From a virus (Duplodnaviria > Caudoviricetes), in the IMG/VR virus record IMGVR_UViG_3300044556_000086, positions 1 to 64,000 of that record: a DNA stretch of 64,000 bases; one strand, written 5' to 3'. Shown one piece after another: positions 18,695 to 28,469 of the stretch. The notes below the pieces were generated by a model. It saw nothing but the letters and a program-made list of their open reading frames with translations. It was not told where the DNA came from and did no database searches. The position numbers and the translations under genes were made by a program. How positions within the stretch are numbered: the first letter of the stretch is position 1; each line of letters opens with the position of its first letter.

Positions 18695-19282
18695 ATGGAA
18701 CATGATAAGAAAGTAAAGATACTCTATATTTTAGTAGGGGTATTATTTCTGTTACTACTCTGTTTCTGTGGGTATGAGTTATATCAAAGTTTCCATAAAT
18801 CAGACCCGAAGGTATTGACTCCTGAACAGGTATCTAACCCGTATACTTTATCAAAGAAGATACAGGTAACAGAGCCTCAGGCTACGAATATCATACGTGA
18901 GATAGAGCGTACTAGTGGTTCTCCTAATGTATCTTATTATGTAGAGAGTCCAGGTACTTATCAGCAGGCCGCTTCTCAGGTAGCTAAGGATATAGATACG
19001 AAGAAAGATTCTGTACCTGCTATAGCTCTTGAGAAGACAGATAGAACCGTTGTATCCGGGGATGAAGAAAAGAAGAAGGTAGACGTATATAAGATAAATC
19101 TATCTCCAAAGACTTTACATTCTGTATCTTACATGATAAACCCAGTACAACCTACGGAAACAGGTACGATACTATATGAGTACTCTAGGAGGGTTCATGA
19201 GTCTGGGAAATATATAGGGGTTGTATCAGGGTATGATTTCCATAATCAGCAGGTACAGGTAGGGATTAAGTATACCTGGTAA
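18695..19282 (+). CDS. Membrane-anchored, possibly lysis-associated protein
   Basis: N-terminal TM segment, C-terminal aromatic beta-strand (VGIKYTW), adjacent to a holin. Confidence 0.55.
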   Translation: MEHDKKVKILYILVGVLFLLLLCFCGYELYQSFHKSDPKVLTPEQVSNPYTLSKKIQVTEPQATNIIREIERTSGSPNVSYYVESPGTYQQAASQVAKDIDTKKDSVPAIALEKTDRTVVSGDEEKKKVDVYKINLSPKTLHSVSYMINPVQPTETGTILYEYSRRVHESGKYIGVVSGYDFHNQQVQVGIKYTW

Positions 19283-19329
19283 TCGTCAATAAATATATTT
19301 AGTTCATAATAAGGGGATGAATATAAACA

Positions 19330-19677
19330 ATGAGTAGACTAGCTAAAGGTTTTATAAAGAACCTACGAAGTAATATAGCTTCTGTATGTATGATATTCGG
19401 TCTACTGGCTGCTTTTCTGGTACTAACTTCTTGGACATATGGATATTGGTCTAATGGTCTGTATGGTACGAAGTTTCAGATAGATTCTTGCTGGCAGGGT
19501 ATTTCTGCATGTGGGGTAGGTTTGATTGGTTTGTTTAAGTGGCTGATAGAGTCTGTATATAACAGTCCTAAAGGTCAGTCTCCTACCCAGGTCGTCAGTA
19601 ATGAGGTCGTAAATAAGTATGATAACCAGTCTTACACTCATAAGGAAACAGAAGTCACTCCTACTTCTAAGAGATAA
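19330..19677 (+). CDS. Putative holin (two TM segments)
   Basis: Two hydrophobic helices around YGYWSNGLYGTKF; YNSPKG tail. Confidence 0.6.
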   Translation: MSRLAKGFIKNLRSNIASVCMIFGLLAAFLVLTSWTYGYWSNGLYGTKFQIDSCWQGISACGVGLIGLFKWLIESVYNSPKGQSPTQVVSNEVVNKYDNQSYTHKETEVTPTSKR

Positions 19678-19683
19678 AATATC

Positions 19684-20301
19684 ATGGAAATATCGAATGC
19701 TGTATTTCAGATGAAGGTCATAAAAGGTATCTTAGTCTCTGTAACTGGATACCTTTATACACCTGGTACGAAGAAGATAGAATCAGAGTTAGGGGAATAT
19801 CGGTATAAAGACTTTCAGATTTATATGGCTGTACAGTTAGCTGAAGGGTATAGGGATGCTATTACGAATCAAAGATTCCGGTTACGGAAATGGCCTCCCT
19901 TATCTTTATCTTATATGAGGTATAAGAAACAACATCATCTTTCTTTAAAGATATGGGAAGCTACGGGTACACTAAAGAATACTATTCATATATTTAAGAA
20001 AGGTACTCTTATTGTAGTAGGGTTCAAGCAGTCTGATACCTACCATAAAACGGGTATAAAAATCAATACAATAGCTAGGTATCTTGAGTATGGTACGGTG
20101 AAAATGCCGGCACGTCCTTTATTTAGACCTTTGTTAGTTTATATGAGGAAGCATGTGTCTGATTATTATAAGAGGTATCAGAAGGAATTAAAATCAAAGA
20201 AAGTATCTTGTTTATACTTACCTGAATCTGACACTAAATCTTCAAAGTCCTATAAGATAAAGAAATCCTTAGTGAATCATAAAAAGAAAGGAGGACGATA
20301 G
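19684..20301 (+). CDS. Virion morphogenesis / tail completion protein
   Basis: WPPLS..Y...K, TGTLKNTI and YLEYGTVKMPARP motifs. Confidence 0.75.
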   Translation: MEISNAVFQMKVIKGILVSVTGYLYTPGTKKIESELGEYRYKDFQIYMAVQLAEGYRDAITNQRFRLRKWPPLSLSYMRYKKQHHLSLKIWEATGTLKNTIHIFKKGTLIVVGFKQSDTYHKTGIKINTIARYLEYGTVKMPARPLFRPLLVYMRKHVSDYYKRYQKELKSKKVSCLYLPESDTKSSKSYKIKKSLVNHKKKGGR

Positions 20302-20306
20302 TATCT

Positions 20307-20978
20307 ATGCATAATTCCATGTTCCAATATGATTTAGCTATGTATAATCGAATACATGCTATGTACCCGGAAGTAATATTTTCTTCTCCAGAGGAATGTT
20401 TCAAGGTCAATGCCAAGCAGCATGGTGGTAAAGTACTATTACCTTTTATTTCTATCTGGAGGATGCCGGATATTACTTTCAACGCTGAAATGTTCAATGA
20501 TTCTTTTCTACGTACTGGGATGAAGGGCTGGTCTTCTAATGATTCTAAAATAGAGTTTCCGAAGCAGAGATTAAAGATGGCCGGGGTACCCGTAACTCTA
20601 CAGTACCAGGTAGATGTCTATGCTACGAAAAGGGATGTATGTGATGGGATAGCTGCTGAGCTATTCCTAGAAGCTAAGTTACGTCCTTTTATTTCTGTTC
20701 AGATAATGGATTTAGGGGAAAAGTTGATAGAGTTTAATCTGGAAGTAGAAGACACTATTTCAGATGAAACGGATATTTCTTCTTTTGATGAAACAAATAG
20801 GTTCTATCGTCTTACTCTAACCATGAATATACCTGAAGCTGTCTTATTCAGAATCAATGATTTCTATAAGTTAGATAAGATACTGGTAGACTATAAAGGG
20901 AGTCCGTTCCCAGAGGATAAGAAGCCAGTTCATGGTACATACAGTCCTCAGTCTGATACGTCAATAACTCATGACTAA
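20307..20978 (+). CDS. Putative tail terminator / sheath stabiliser; last residues come from a mini-element
   Basis: Directly upstream of the sheath gene; LPFIS and LQYQVDVYA motifs. Confidence 0.65.
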   Translation: MHNSMFQYDLAMYNRIHAMYPEVIFSSPEECFKVNAKQHGGKVLLPFISIWRMPDITFNAEMFNDSFLRTGMKGWSSNDSKIEFPKQRLKMAGVPVTLQYQVDVYATKRDVCDGIAAELFLEAKLRPFISVQIMDLGEKLIEFNLEVEDTISDETDISSFDETNRFYRLTLTMNIPEAVLFRINDFYKLDKILVDYKGSPFPEDKKPVHGTYSPQSDTSITHD

Positions 20979-21004
20979 AGTCACGAGTGTTAGTGTTCCA
21001 AAGA
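20960..21004 (+). mobile_element. 45-bp IscB-family mini-element (one end + one hairpin + other end)
   Basis: First 29 nt are identical to 8429-8457; ends TGTTCCAAAGA|ATAAA as at 10162-10177. Confidence 0.85.
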
Positions 21005-21096
21005 ATAAATAGGTATCTAAAAGTGTTATATATACACTATAGGTTTGAAAGGTTAACCTATTACTAGTAATATGTTAAAATAAAGGAGAGAATGGT

Positions 21097-22887
21097 ATGG
21101 CTGAAAATTATGCAAGCCCTGGGGTATACCTAAAAGAGGTAGATAATAGTCAGTATACATCTGATACTTCTACCTGTATCGTAGGTATGGTAGGGGGAGC
21201 TAGGAGAGGTCCGGTAGGTGTACCGACTCTGATAAAGACCCAGAAGGAAATGCTGGCAATGTTCGGTAACCCTGTACCTTATGAGTATGGGGTATATAGT
21301 GCTTTACGGGCCTTGGAAAATGTATCTGAATTATACTATACTCGTGTTGTCCGGGGTGGTACGAAGGCTTCTGCCGGTTCTATTGGTGTCGATAAGATTC
21401 TATATACGGCAGTCGATTATGGTGAAACCTATAATGGGATTAAGATTGTACAGAGTGCTTTAAGTTCTGATAAAAATACTTTTTCTGTAAAGGTACAGTC
21501 TAAAGAGGGTTCTCAGTTAGAATCCTATGATAATCTTTCTACAGATTCCTCTTCTCCGTCTTATGTAGAAAGGGTCATTAATGGGGTATCGAAGTATATT
21601 ACCGTATCTATTCAGTATAGTGGTACAATTACGGAAAAGACGTTGACTCTGGGTGCTACGGAAGATACCAAGGGTGCCGGATCCGCTTCCTATTCTAGGG
21701 CTGGTCAGGAAGGGGTAGATAAGGTATCCCTAAGGTCTTTGTACTATGATAGTGACTTGAATGGTGCTAAGGCTATCATCAGTGCTGCTGATAGTTTTGG
21801 TTTCTTTGATATTACTATCCTTCAGTCTGATGGGGTAACTTCTATTGAATCATGGACTTCCCTATCCCTAGACCCGACTTCTTCTCGATTTGCTGAAACG
21901 GTAATCAATAATAATTCTAAGAGAGTGGTATGTACTGTCAATACGAAGGATGATATAAGTCTGGTAGAAAAGACTCTGACGTTCTCTGGTGGTGACGATG
22001 GTATCAATGGTATCTCCACCAAGGATATCACAGGAGTTGTTTCTGGTGGTGGGTTACAGAGTTTCTCGAATCCGGAAACTATTTCTATTGATGTTCTGTG
22101 TGCTCCTGGTTGGTCTGATGCTGCTGTTGTTAATGCTGGTATCCATATTGCTGAAACTCGTAAGGATTGTATCTATCTGGTAGATACTCCGTTCGGCCTG
22201 AAGCCTCAGGAAGTCATTAACTGGTCGAATGGTGAAGGTTCTTATATGGGTACTGCCTTTAATTCCTCTTATGCCGCTATTTACTGGCCGTGGATTAAGG
22301 TATCTGATTCCTTTACTTCTAAGGATACCTGGTTACCTCCTTCTGGTTTCATTAGTTCTGTATATGCTTACAATGATTCTGTAGGATATCCGTGGATGGC
22401 TCCTGCTGGTCTGAATCGTGGTATGATATCGAATGCTATTGATATAGAAATGAGTGCTACGCAGGGTGAACGGGATGCTTTGTATGGTAATCGAAACTGT
22501 ATCAATCCTATCGTAAACTTTATTTCTACAGGTATCGTAGTCTGGGGTCAGAAGACTACGCAGAGAGAAAAGACAGCTCTTGATAGGGTCAATGTACGTC
22601 GTCTACTCAACTATCTGAAGAGATATATTGGTAATAAGACCCGTTATTTTGTATTCGAGCAGAATGTAGATGCTACCTGGGAAAGATGGCAGACTATTGT
22701 AGAACCTATTCTAGCTAAAGCCAAGAATGCTAATGGTATCTATGATTATAAGATTACCTTGGATGCTACAGACGAAGACTTTGAAAATAATCGGATGCCT
22801 ATCACGATTTACATCAAGCCTGTCAAGTCTGCTGAATTTATTTCCTTGAATTTCAATATCCAGCCGTATAGTGCTTCATTCAAATAA
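21097..22887 (+). CDS. Contractile tail sheath protein
   Basis: SPGVYLKEVD, WMAPAGLNRG, WGQKT, RVNVRRLL and PVKSAEFI motifs. Confidence 0.95.
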   Translation: MAENYASPGVYLKEVDNSQYTSDTSTCIVGMVGGARRGPVGVPTLIKTQKEMLAMFGNPVPYEYGVYSALRALENVSELYYTRVVRGGTKASAGSIGVDKILYTAVDYGETYNGIKIVQSALSSDKNTFSVKVQSKEGSQLESYDNLSTDSSSPSYVERVINGVSKYITVSIQYSGTITEKTLTLGATEDTKGAGSASYSRAGQEGVDKVSLRSLYYDSDLNGAKAIISAADSFGFFDITILQSDGVTSIESWTSLSLDPTSSRFAETVINNNSKRVVCTVNTKDDISLVEKTLTFSGGDDGINGISTKDITGVVSGGGLQSFSNPETISIDVLCAPGWSDAAVVNAGIHIAETRKDCIYLVDTPFGLKPQEVINWSNGEGSYMGTAFNSSYAAIYWPWIKVSDSFTSKDTWLPPSGFISSVYAYNDSVGYPWMAPAGLNRGMISNAIDIEMSATQGERDALYGNRNCINPIVNFISTGIVVWGQKTTQREKTALDRVNVRRLLNYLKRYIGNKTRYFVFEQNVDATWERWQTIVEPILAKAKNANGIYDYKITLDATDEDFENNRMPITIYIKPVKSAEFISLNFNIQPYSASFK

Positions 22888-22908
22888 TAGGGAAAGGGGA
22901 GATACGAA

Positions 22909-23469
22909 ATGTCACAGTTAAATGCAGCTTTCATGTCCGCTGACTCTAAGTATGAAGTACAGAGGACTAATAACTTTCGGTTTATTGTGGATTTATCTGA
23001 ATTTACGAATAATACTTCTGTAAGTTCTGGGGATATCATAGAATTGGCTTGTGATACTACTGGTCTACCGAACGTTCAGAATGACCCGGTTGAGTTAGAC
23101 TATGGTAACAGTAACGTCAAAGTCGCTGGTAAAGCTACGATTGACGATATTTCAGTTGCTGTAAAGGACTTCATTGAACCTGACGTAGAACAGATTCTAT
23201 GGCAGTGGCGTCTAAAAGTCTATAATCCGAAAACCGGTAAGATCGGGTGGAGTAATTCATACAAAAAAACATGCTACGTAGTTCAGTACGGCCCGAATGG
23301 TGAGGTCGTAAGGAAATGGCAGTGTGATGGATGCTGGCCCACGAGCCTCGACTTGGGCGAACTAGATTACGCAAGTGGGGATAAGAAGCAAATCACCATG
23401 AATCTAAGTGTAGATAATGCTTTCATAGTTCGTGACGGTACAAATAATCATGTGTACGGCACGGATTAA
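22909..23469 (+). CDS. Tail tube protein (T4 gp19-like)
   Basis: Follows the sheath gene; W..DGCWPTSLDLGELDY motif. Confidence 0.9.
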   Translation: MSQLNAAFMSADSKYEVQRTNNFRFIVDLSEFTNNTSVSSGDIIELACDTTGLPNVQNDPVELDYGNSNVKVAGKATIDDISVAVKDFIEPDVEQILWQWRLKVYNPKTGKIGWSNSYKKTCYVVQYGPNGEVVRKWQCDGCWPTSLDLGELDYASGDKKQITMNLSVDNAFIVRDGTNNHVYGTD

Positions 23470-23597
23470 CATTAAACGCTCAGTACATTTCTGGGGTTTG
23501 TAATAGTAGGTAATAAATAAACTTTTCATGTAAGAATACATCATTCATTTGATGTGATAACGTTAAATGCTGAAAATAGAATAAGACACTAAGTCTG

Positions 23598-23637
23598 ATA
23601 AAGGGTGAAGAAATTAGTATCTTCACCCTTTATTTTT
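23598..23637 (+). terminator. Intrinsic terminator
   Basis: ATAAAGGGTGAAG/CTTCACCCTTTAT stem plus T run. Confidence 0.75.
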
Positions 23638-23730
23638 GTGTAAATTCCTTTGCAATCTAGTACCCACTTGTGTTATAATAAGATAGAGGTAGGTAAATAC
23701 TATTCAAATCATTTGTTGGAGGTGGTAAGT

Positions 23731-24063
23731 ATGAGATACTCTAAGACACGTCACGGGTTTCCATTTATTGTGGATGTTTCTCTGTATCTTTCTATTGTGA
23801 GTAAGAAAGATAAGGTCTGTAAATTATGTGAATGCAAGTTTGAAGACTATAACCCGGAAATTTCTATAGAAAAGCTAAACTATTTCTCTAATCAAGTAGT
23901 AGGTAGTACCTTACAGAAGTTAGGGTACTCTGAAGATGAGGTAGATATTTGTTTCTTAGATAAGGATGAGTATGATAAGATAAGTAAATCTACTTACTTG
24001 GAGTACCAGGTAGAAAAAACGGGTGATACTATTCAATGTCGTGTAATTAAGGGGGATGAGTAG
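23731..24063 (+). CDS. Hypothetical protein
   Basis: GGAGG RBS before ATG 23731; upstream TTGCAA...TGTTATAAT promoter. Confidence 0.65.
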   Translation: MRYSKTRHGFPFIVDVSLYLSIVSKKDKVCKLCECKFEDYNPEISIEKLNYFSNQVVGSTLQKLGYSEDEVDICFLDKDEYDKISKSTYLEYQVEKTGDTIQCRVIKGDE

Positions 24064-24066
24064 TCT

Positions 24067-25884
24067 ATGCCTACTAAGCATGGTTCAAAATGGTATAATA
24101 ATGGTAAAATTTCTATTCAAGTAAAGCCAGGGGAAGAGGTACCTGAAGGTTTCAAACCCGGGATGGTGAAAGCTAAATCTAGGTACTATAATAATGGTAA
24201 GGTCAATAAGTTTATTAAAGAAGGTGACTCTATACCTGAAGGTTTTGTTTTAGGTATGGTTCCTTTATCTAAAGAAAAGATTTCAGAAGTTGTAGAGAAA
24301 AGAAGAAAAACCTGTATGAAAAAGTACGGGGTAGATAATCCGGCTAAGAAGCCTGAGTTCATAGAAAAAATGAAGGAGACAAATATCTCTAAGTATGGTA
24401 CTGAACTTCCTTCTCAGAATGATGATATAAAGAAAAAGATATCTAATTCTGTCATATCTACTAATCAGTCTAGGTATGGAACTAATAGTCCTATGCAGTC
24501 TGATGGGTATAAGGAATCTATACTTGAAAAGATGAAAGGTACTAATAAGGGTAGATATGGAACTGACTGGTACATGCAGAGTGATGAAGGAAAGTCTAGG
24601 TTCATAGATACTTGTTTAGATAAGTACGGGGTTTCTAACCCTTCTAAGCTTGAATGGGTAAAAGACAAGAAGTCTAAGACTAGTATAGAACACTATGGGG
24701 TAGACCATCCTCTTAAATCTCCTATAGTAAGAAAGAAGATAGAACAGACTAACTTATCTAAATACGGGGAGAAGAATACATTTCAGGTAGATATCTTCAA
24801 AGAGAAGAGTAAGCATACATTGATTGAAAAGTATGGGGTAGATAACATATCTAAGTCTGAGTATGCTAAAATTAAGAAGATTCAGACTAGTTTAAAGCAT
24901 TTTGGGGTAGAATACCCTATGAAGAGCAGGGAAGTAAGGGACAAGGTTGAGCAAACTAACTTAGAACGTTATGGGGTTAAAAATGTTACTGAAAATGAAG
25001 ATATCAAGCAGAGGATTAAAGATACTTGTCTGGAAAGATATGGTATTTCTTGGCCTTGTATGTTAAATCCTTGTGTTTCTAAGAATGAGAGTAGTAAAAG
25101 TACCCCGAATAGAAAGTTTGCCACTATCTTGTTTGGGTATGAAATGTATTATGAGAGGGAGTACCCTCTAGGTGATTTCCTATATGATTTCAAAGTTGGT
25201 GATTACTTAGTAGAGATTAATCCTACTCCTTCTCATAACTCTGCATTAAGTCCTTTTGATAACTCTTGGGTAAAGGATACAGAGTATCATATAAGAAAAT
25301 CTAAAAATGCTAAGGAGAATGGGTTCTTTTGTATTCATGTATTTGACTGGGATGACCCTTTTCAGGTAGTACGGTTTCTTTCTATGATACGTCCACACTA
25401 CTCTAAAAAAGAATGTTCTATAAAAGAATTTTCTCATGATGGTATATTGGATATTCAGCTAGTTCATAAGTCTAAAGTTCTTGAGTCTATTTCATTAAAG
25501 TCTGAAGATAACAATACATTTTATATTGTAGAGCACTCTAGGGTTAAAAAGGTTATTTGGGGTTTTAAATATTTGTTTGACTATTTCCTATCTGAGCATA
25601 AACCTGATAAAGTTCTAGTAGAAGTAGATAATGCTAAAGTTGATGGGAAATACCTACTAGATAGTGGTTTCAAAGTAGTTTCTGAAACTGGTCCTGTATG
25701 TCATTGGTATAATACTTCCTCTGGGGTACACTATAATAGTCATACAGATGATGTTCCTTACGATTATGATACCATGATTTCTAAGGGGTTCTTGCCAGTA
25801 TATGATTGTGGATATACTATCTATGAATGGACTAAACCTGTATCTAAGTCTAAAATGATATTAAAATCCATATCTAAGATATAG
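24067..25884 (+). CDS. Free-standing homing-endonuclease-like protein
   Basis: Two (W/Y)YNNGK...PEGF..GM repeats; ~12 'T.l.kYGv.np' repeats; C-terminal EY...YDF...VEIN...H...K nuclease (Vsr/DUF559-like). Confidence 0.75.
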   Translation: MPTKHGSKWYNNGKISIQVKPGEEVPEGFKPGMVKAKSRYYNNGKVNKFIKEGDSIPEGFVLGMVPLSKEKISEVVEKRRKTCMKKYGVDNPAKKPEFIEKMKETNISKYGTELPSQNDDIKKKISNSVISTNQSRYGTNSPMQSDGYKESILEKMKGTNKGRYGTDWYMQSDEGKSRFIDTCLDKYGVSNPSKLEWVKDKKSKTSIEHYGVDHPLKSPIVRKKIEQTNLSKYGEKNTFQVDIFKEKSKHTLIEKYGVDNISKSEYAKIKKIQTSLKHFGVEYPMKSREVRDKVEQTNLERYGVKNVTENEDIKQRIKDTCLERYGISWPCMLNPCVSKNESSKSTPNRKFATILFGYEMYYEREYPLGDFLYDFKVGDYLVEINPTPSHNSALSPFDNSWVKDTEYHIRKSKNAKENGFFCIHVFDWDDPFQVVRFLSMIRPHYSKKECSIKEFSHDGILDIQLVHKSKVLESISLKSEDNNTFYIVEHSRVKKVIWGFKYLFDYFLSEHKPDKVLVEVDNAKVDGKYLLDSGFKVVSETGPVCHWYNTSSGVHYNSHTDDVPYDYDTMISKGFLPVYDCGYTIYEWTKPVSKSKMILKSISKI

Positions 25885-26641
25885 TTAAGTGTAATTACAT
25901 TAAAAGTCTATAAAATCCCTTCAGAACGTATTCTACGCAATTCTATGATAGGTCAGGTATTATCTTGTGTAGTACGTTCTAGGTTCGATAATAATACTAA
26001 GGTAGTATATGGTCTTGTGGGTACTATTCTTATTCAAAATTGGGTAGGATAGTACCCTTTCCTTGTAACCTAAATTTTAAGTAAAATCTGTAGCTCACTT
26101 TAAATTTTAAGATACGTGCTTATAGACTTGATATAAAAGTTTTTTGTGATTAGCACATTTCACATTAAAAAATAAAGTTTTGTAGTCTTAAAATAGGGGA
26201 AATATATAATAATTTTTATGATTAACGTACTTCTTTAGGTAAATTTTGAAAATCTTGTAAACTCTGATGACTAATTTATGTTTAATAATTCAATAAAAGT
26301 GTATACATGTTACAAAAATAGGGGATAGTATCAAAAAATATCGTATAAGTATGTAATTCAGTTCTTCTACTTTCAAATTCTACTCTATTGTGGTAAAATA
26401 GATATGTACTTAAAGATAAGTAATATTTTCAGTATCATGAAAGGGAGATGATAAGTATGAAAAAGATGGATTCTATCCGTAGGAATGGAGTAGATACTTC
26501 AACCTTGAAATGGTTAGGGGTTCTATCCTTGGCATGGGGTTGATATCTTTTCTAAGTGTATTCATAAGATGGTTCTTCATATGTATTGTATGTGTGGGAC
26601 TTTGAATATTGTCTTCGTAGTATGTTAGAGAGGGTGGATAA

Positions 26642-27097
26642 ATGAATAAATTTACAGTATCTTCTATACTGGCAGGATATGTGATTACTCTTTTTGTATT
26701 CCCTGTCATGAATAGTAATAGTACTCTAATTCCTGTATTCATCGGGATAAGTACTTCTGTATTGACTTGTGTACTATTCTTATCTTTGTTCATGTTGGTA
26801 CGGTTCCGATATGCTAAGTCTATACAAAGGGTAATAAAGAGGGGTTCAATAGATACATTATTCCATACGTTCTACTCTATATGTAAGACTCAGGGTGTAC
26901 TGTGGTTGTCTTGTATCTGGGTACTATTATTTTCTTCTGATAAATCTCCTAATATTTCTTTTGTTCTATGGATGGTACTGATTGTCATGGTATTTCAGTA
27001 TGCTTACTATTCTATGACCTATATGAACTCTGTAGTGAAATTACTCCATAGGGTATTAAAAGATTCTGTAGTTTCTGGTAAAGGGGATATGGTGTAA
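26642..27097 (+). CDS. Multi-pass membrane protein
   Basis: About four hydrophobic segments; GAGGGTGG RBS. Confidence 0.6.
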   Translation: MNKFTVSSILAGYVITLFVFPVMNSNSTLIPVFIGISTSVLTCVLFLSLFMLVRFRYAKSIQRVIKRGSIDTLFHTFYSICKTQGVLWLSCIWVLLFSSDKSPNISFVLWMVLIVMVFQYAYYSMTYMNSVVKLLHRVLKDSVVSGKGDMV

Positions 27098-27765
27098 TGA
27101 GTAGATACATCATAACTCCTATAGAAGATGAAGATTATTCCTGTATTGTTACAGTACTAGACTATACTCCTCCTTATCAGTCTATTTATGGGTATCTATG
27201 GTCTGTAGACTCCTTACAAGGTAAAAGAGTTGTAGTGGATACTGCTTGTCTGGGTGGGAATGGGTTGTACAGGTTCTTTTCTATACTAGTGAGTGGGGAT
27301 ATAGACAAGGCTGATTCTGAGGCTAAGTATGTGGTAGTGTCAGGGTATATTTCTTATCTAGCTAACAGGATACTCAGACGATATCCTAAATATGTGGTAT
27401 CTTCTACTCTTCCTGACTATAAAAAGGTGGAAATTTTAGAGGACGATTCCTTGTCTACAGATACCCCTCAATCTTCTATCAGTAAGTTACTGAATAAGAT
27501 ACTGCCTTGTAAAGTCTTATACTATGAAGAAGATTTATTTGGTTTCATTCGGATGGGTGTAGATACTTCTTACGGTATTCTATCTGTAGGGAGATATATA
27601 GACCCTATATCTGGAAAGCAGGATATTACGATAGACTTCAGTTCTGAGTTCAATGGATATAATTCTATTGCTAAGTCTGTTCAGTTCTATCAGTCAGATG
27701 GGGATAAGGTAATTAAGACTATAGATACTATTAAAGATTTTCTAAGTCAAAAATATTCTATGTAG
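27097..27765 (+). CDS. Protein with an RnlB-antitoxin-like N-terminal domain
   Basis: Y.I......Y..IV....Y..P...GK.VVVD....GN...RF pattern, recognised by eye. Confidence 0.5.
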   Translation: MSRYIITPIEDEDYSCIVTVLDYTPPYQSIYGYLWSVDSLQGKRVVVDTACLGGNGLYRFFSILVSGDIDKADSEAKYVVVSGYISYLANRILRRYPKYVVSSTLPDYKKVEILEDDSLSTDTPQSSISKLLNKILPCKVLYYEEDLFGFIRMGVDTSYGILSVGRYIDPISGKQDITIDFSSEFNGYNSIAKSVQFYQSDGDKVIKTIDTIKDFLSQKYSM

Positions 27766-27843
27766 TAATATTTACAAATATATAATTCTGTGGTAAAATA
27801 TAAGAATAAAAGTATACTTTCAATTTGAGAGGAGGTTAAAGTC

Positions 27844-28050
27844 ATGGGTGAAAATACTGATTATGTAGCTGCTGATTTGACGCAGGAAGAACGTGACGCT
27901 CTGGAATCCAGAACGAAGCACGAAGACCCGGTTGGTTATTCCGAAAACGGAGATTATCAGGCCGCACCAGCCTTCGATAGTCCGGAAGAAGAAATGAAGT
28001 ACTATCAGGAACATCCGGAAGGTGAACCTGATTCTGGTAAAGGTCAGTAA
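27844..28050 (+). CDS. Small, highly acidic protein
   Basis: Own promoter (TTTACA...TGGTAAAAT) and GAGGAGG RBS. Confidence 0.7.
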   Translation: MGENTDYVAADLTQEERDALESRTKHEDPVGYSENGDYQAAPAFDSPEEEMKYYQEHPEGEPDSGKGQ

Positions 28051-28102
28051 AATCTTAGAAAAGGGTCTTTACCTATTATAGAAAGTGTAGTATAATATAA
28101 GT

Positions 28103-28376
28103 GTAAAGAGATATCTTTACATGCATTGGGACAGGAAGCTCATGGTTAGAACCTTGGGTGGTACAGAAAACTTATCTGTATAAGTTCAGAAAGTCATTCT
28201 TAAGTTACCATTGAACCTAATGGCTATAATCATGGGGGCATGTCAAATGGTTTACCTCCTTTAAGATAGTTTTTTGGTTAGGGCTGTCTGGTTAACATCC
28301 TCCTTTCATGGTAAGATAAGCTCCGGTCAGACAGTAAGGGGAAGCACACTCTAGAGATAGGGTGTGCTTTTCTTTT
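28103..28376 (+). ncRNA. Candidate sRNA with two anti-Shine-Dalgarno segments
   Basis: Promoter TTTACC(28068)-17-TATAAT(28091); no credible ORF; hairpins; CCTCCTT twice; terminator at 28341-28376. Confidence 0.65.
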
Positions 28377-28386
28377 ACCTTAATAT

Positions 28387-28419
28387 TTACTTTACAATAA
28401 GTAAATCATGTGGTATACT
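28387..28419 (+). promoter_or_regulatory. Sigma-A promoter with operator (copy 5)
   Basis: Identical over this span to copy 1. Confidence 0.8.
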
Positions 28420-28469
28420 ATACATGTAGTAAGGAGCTTAGGTAGTGTTATTCAGAAAGGAGTTCTACT

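Noticed and set aside
19284-19293. CGTCAATAAA as a fourth IscB scar
   Set aside because: Too short; GTCAATAAA also occurs by chance inside coding regions (e.g. 62041).
26457-26606. Short hydrophobic reading frames after a good promoter and RBS
   Set aside because: Fragmented across frames; possibly a decayed membrane gene, but boundaries are unclear.
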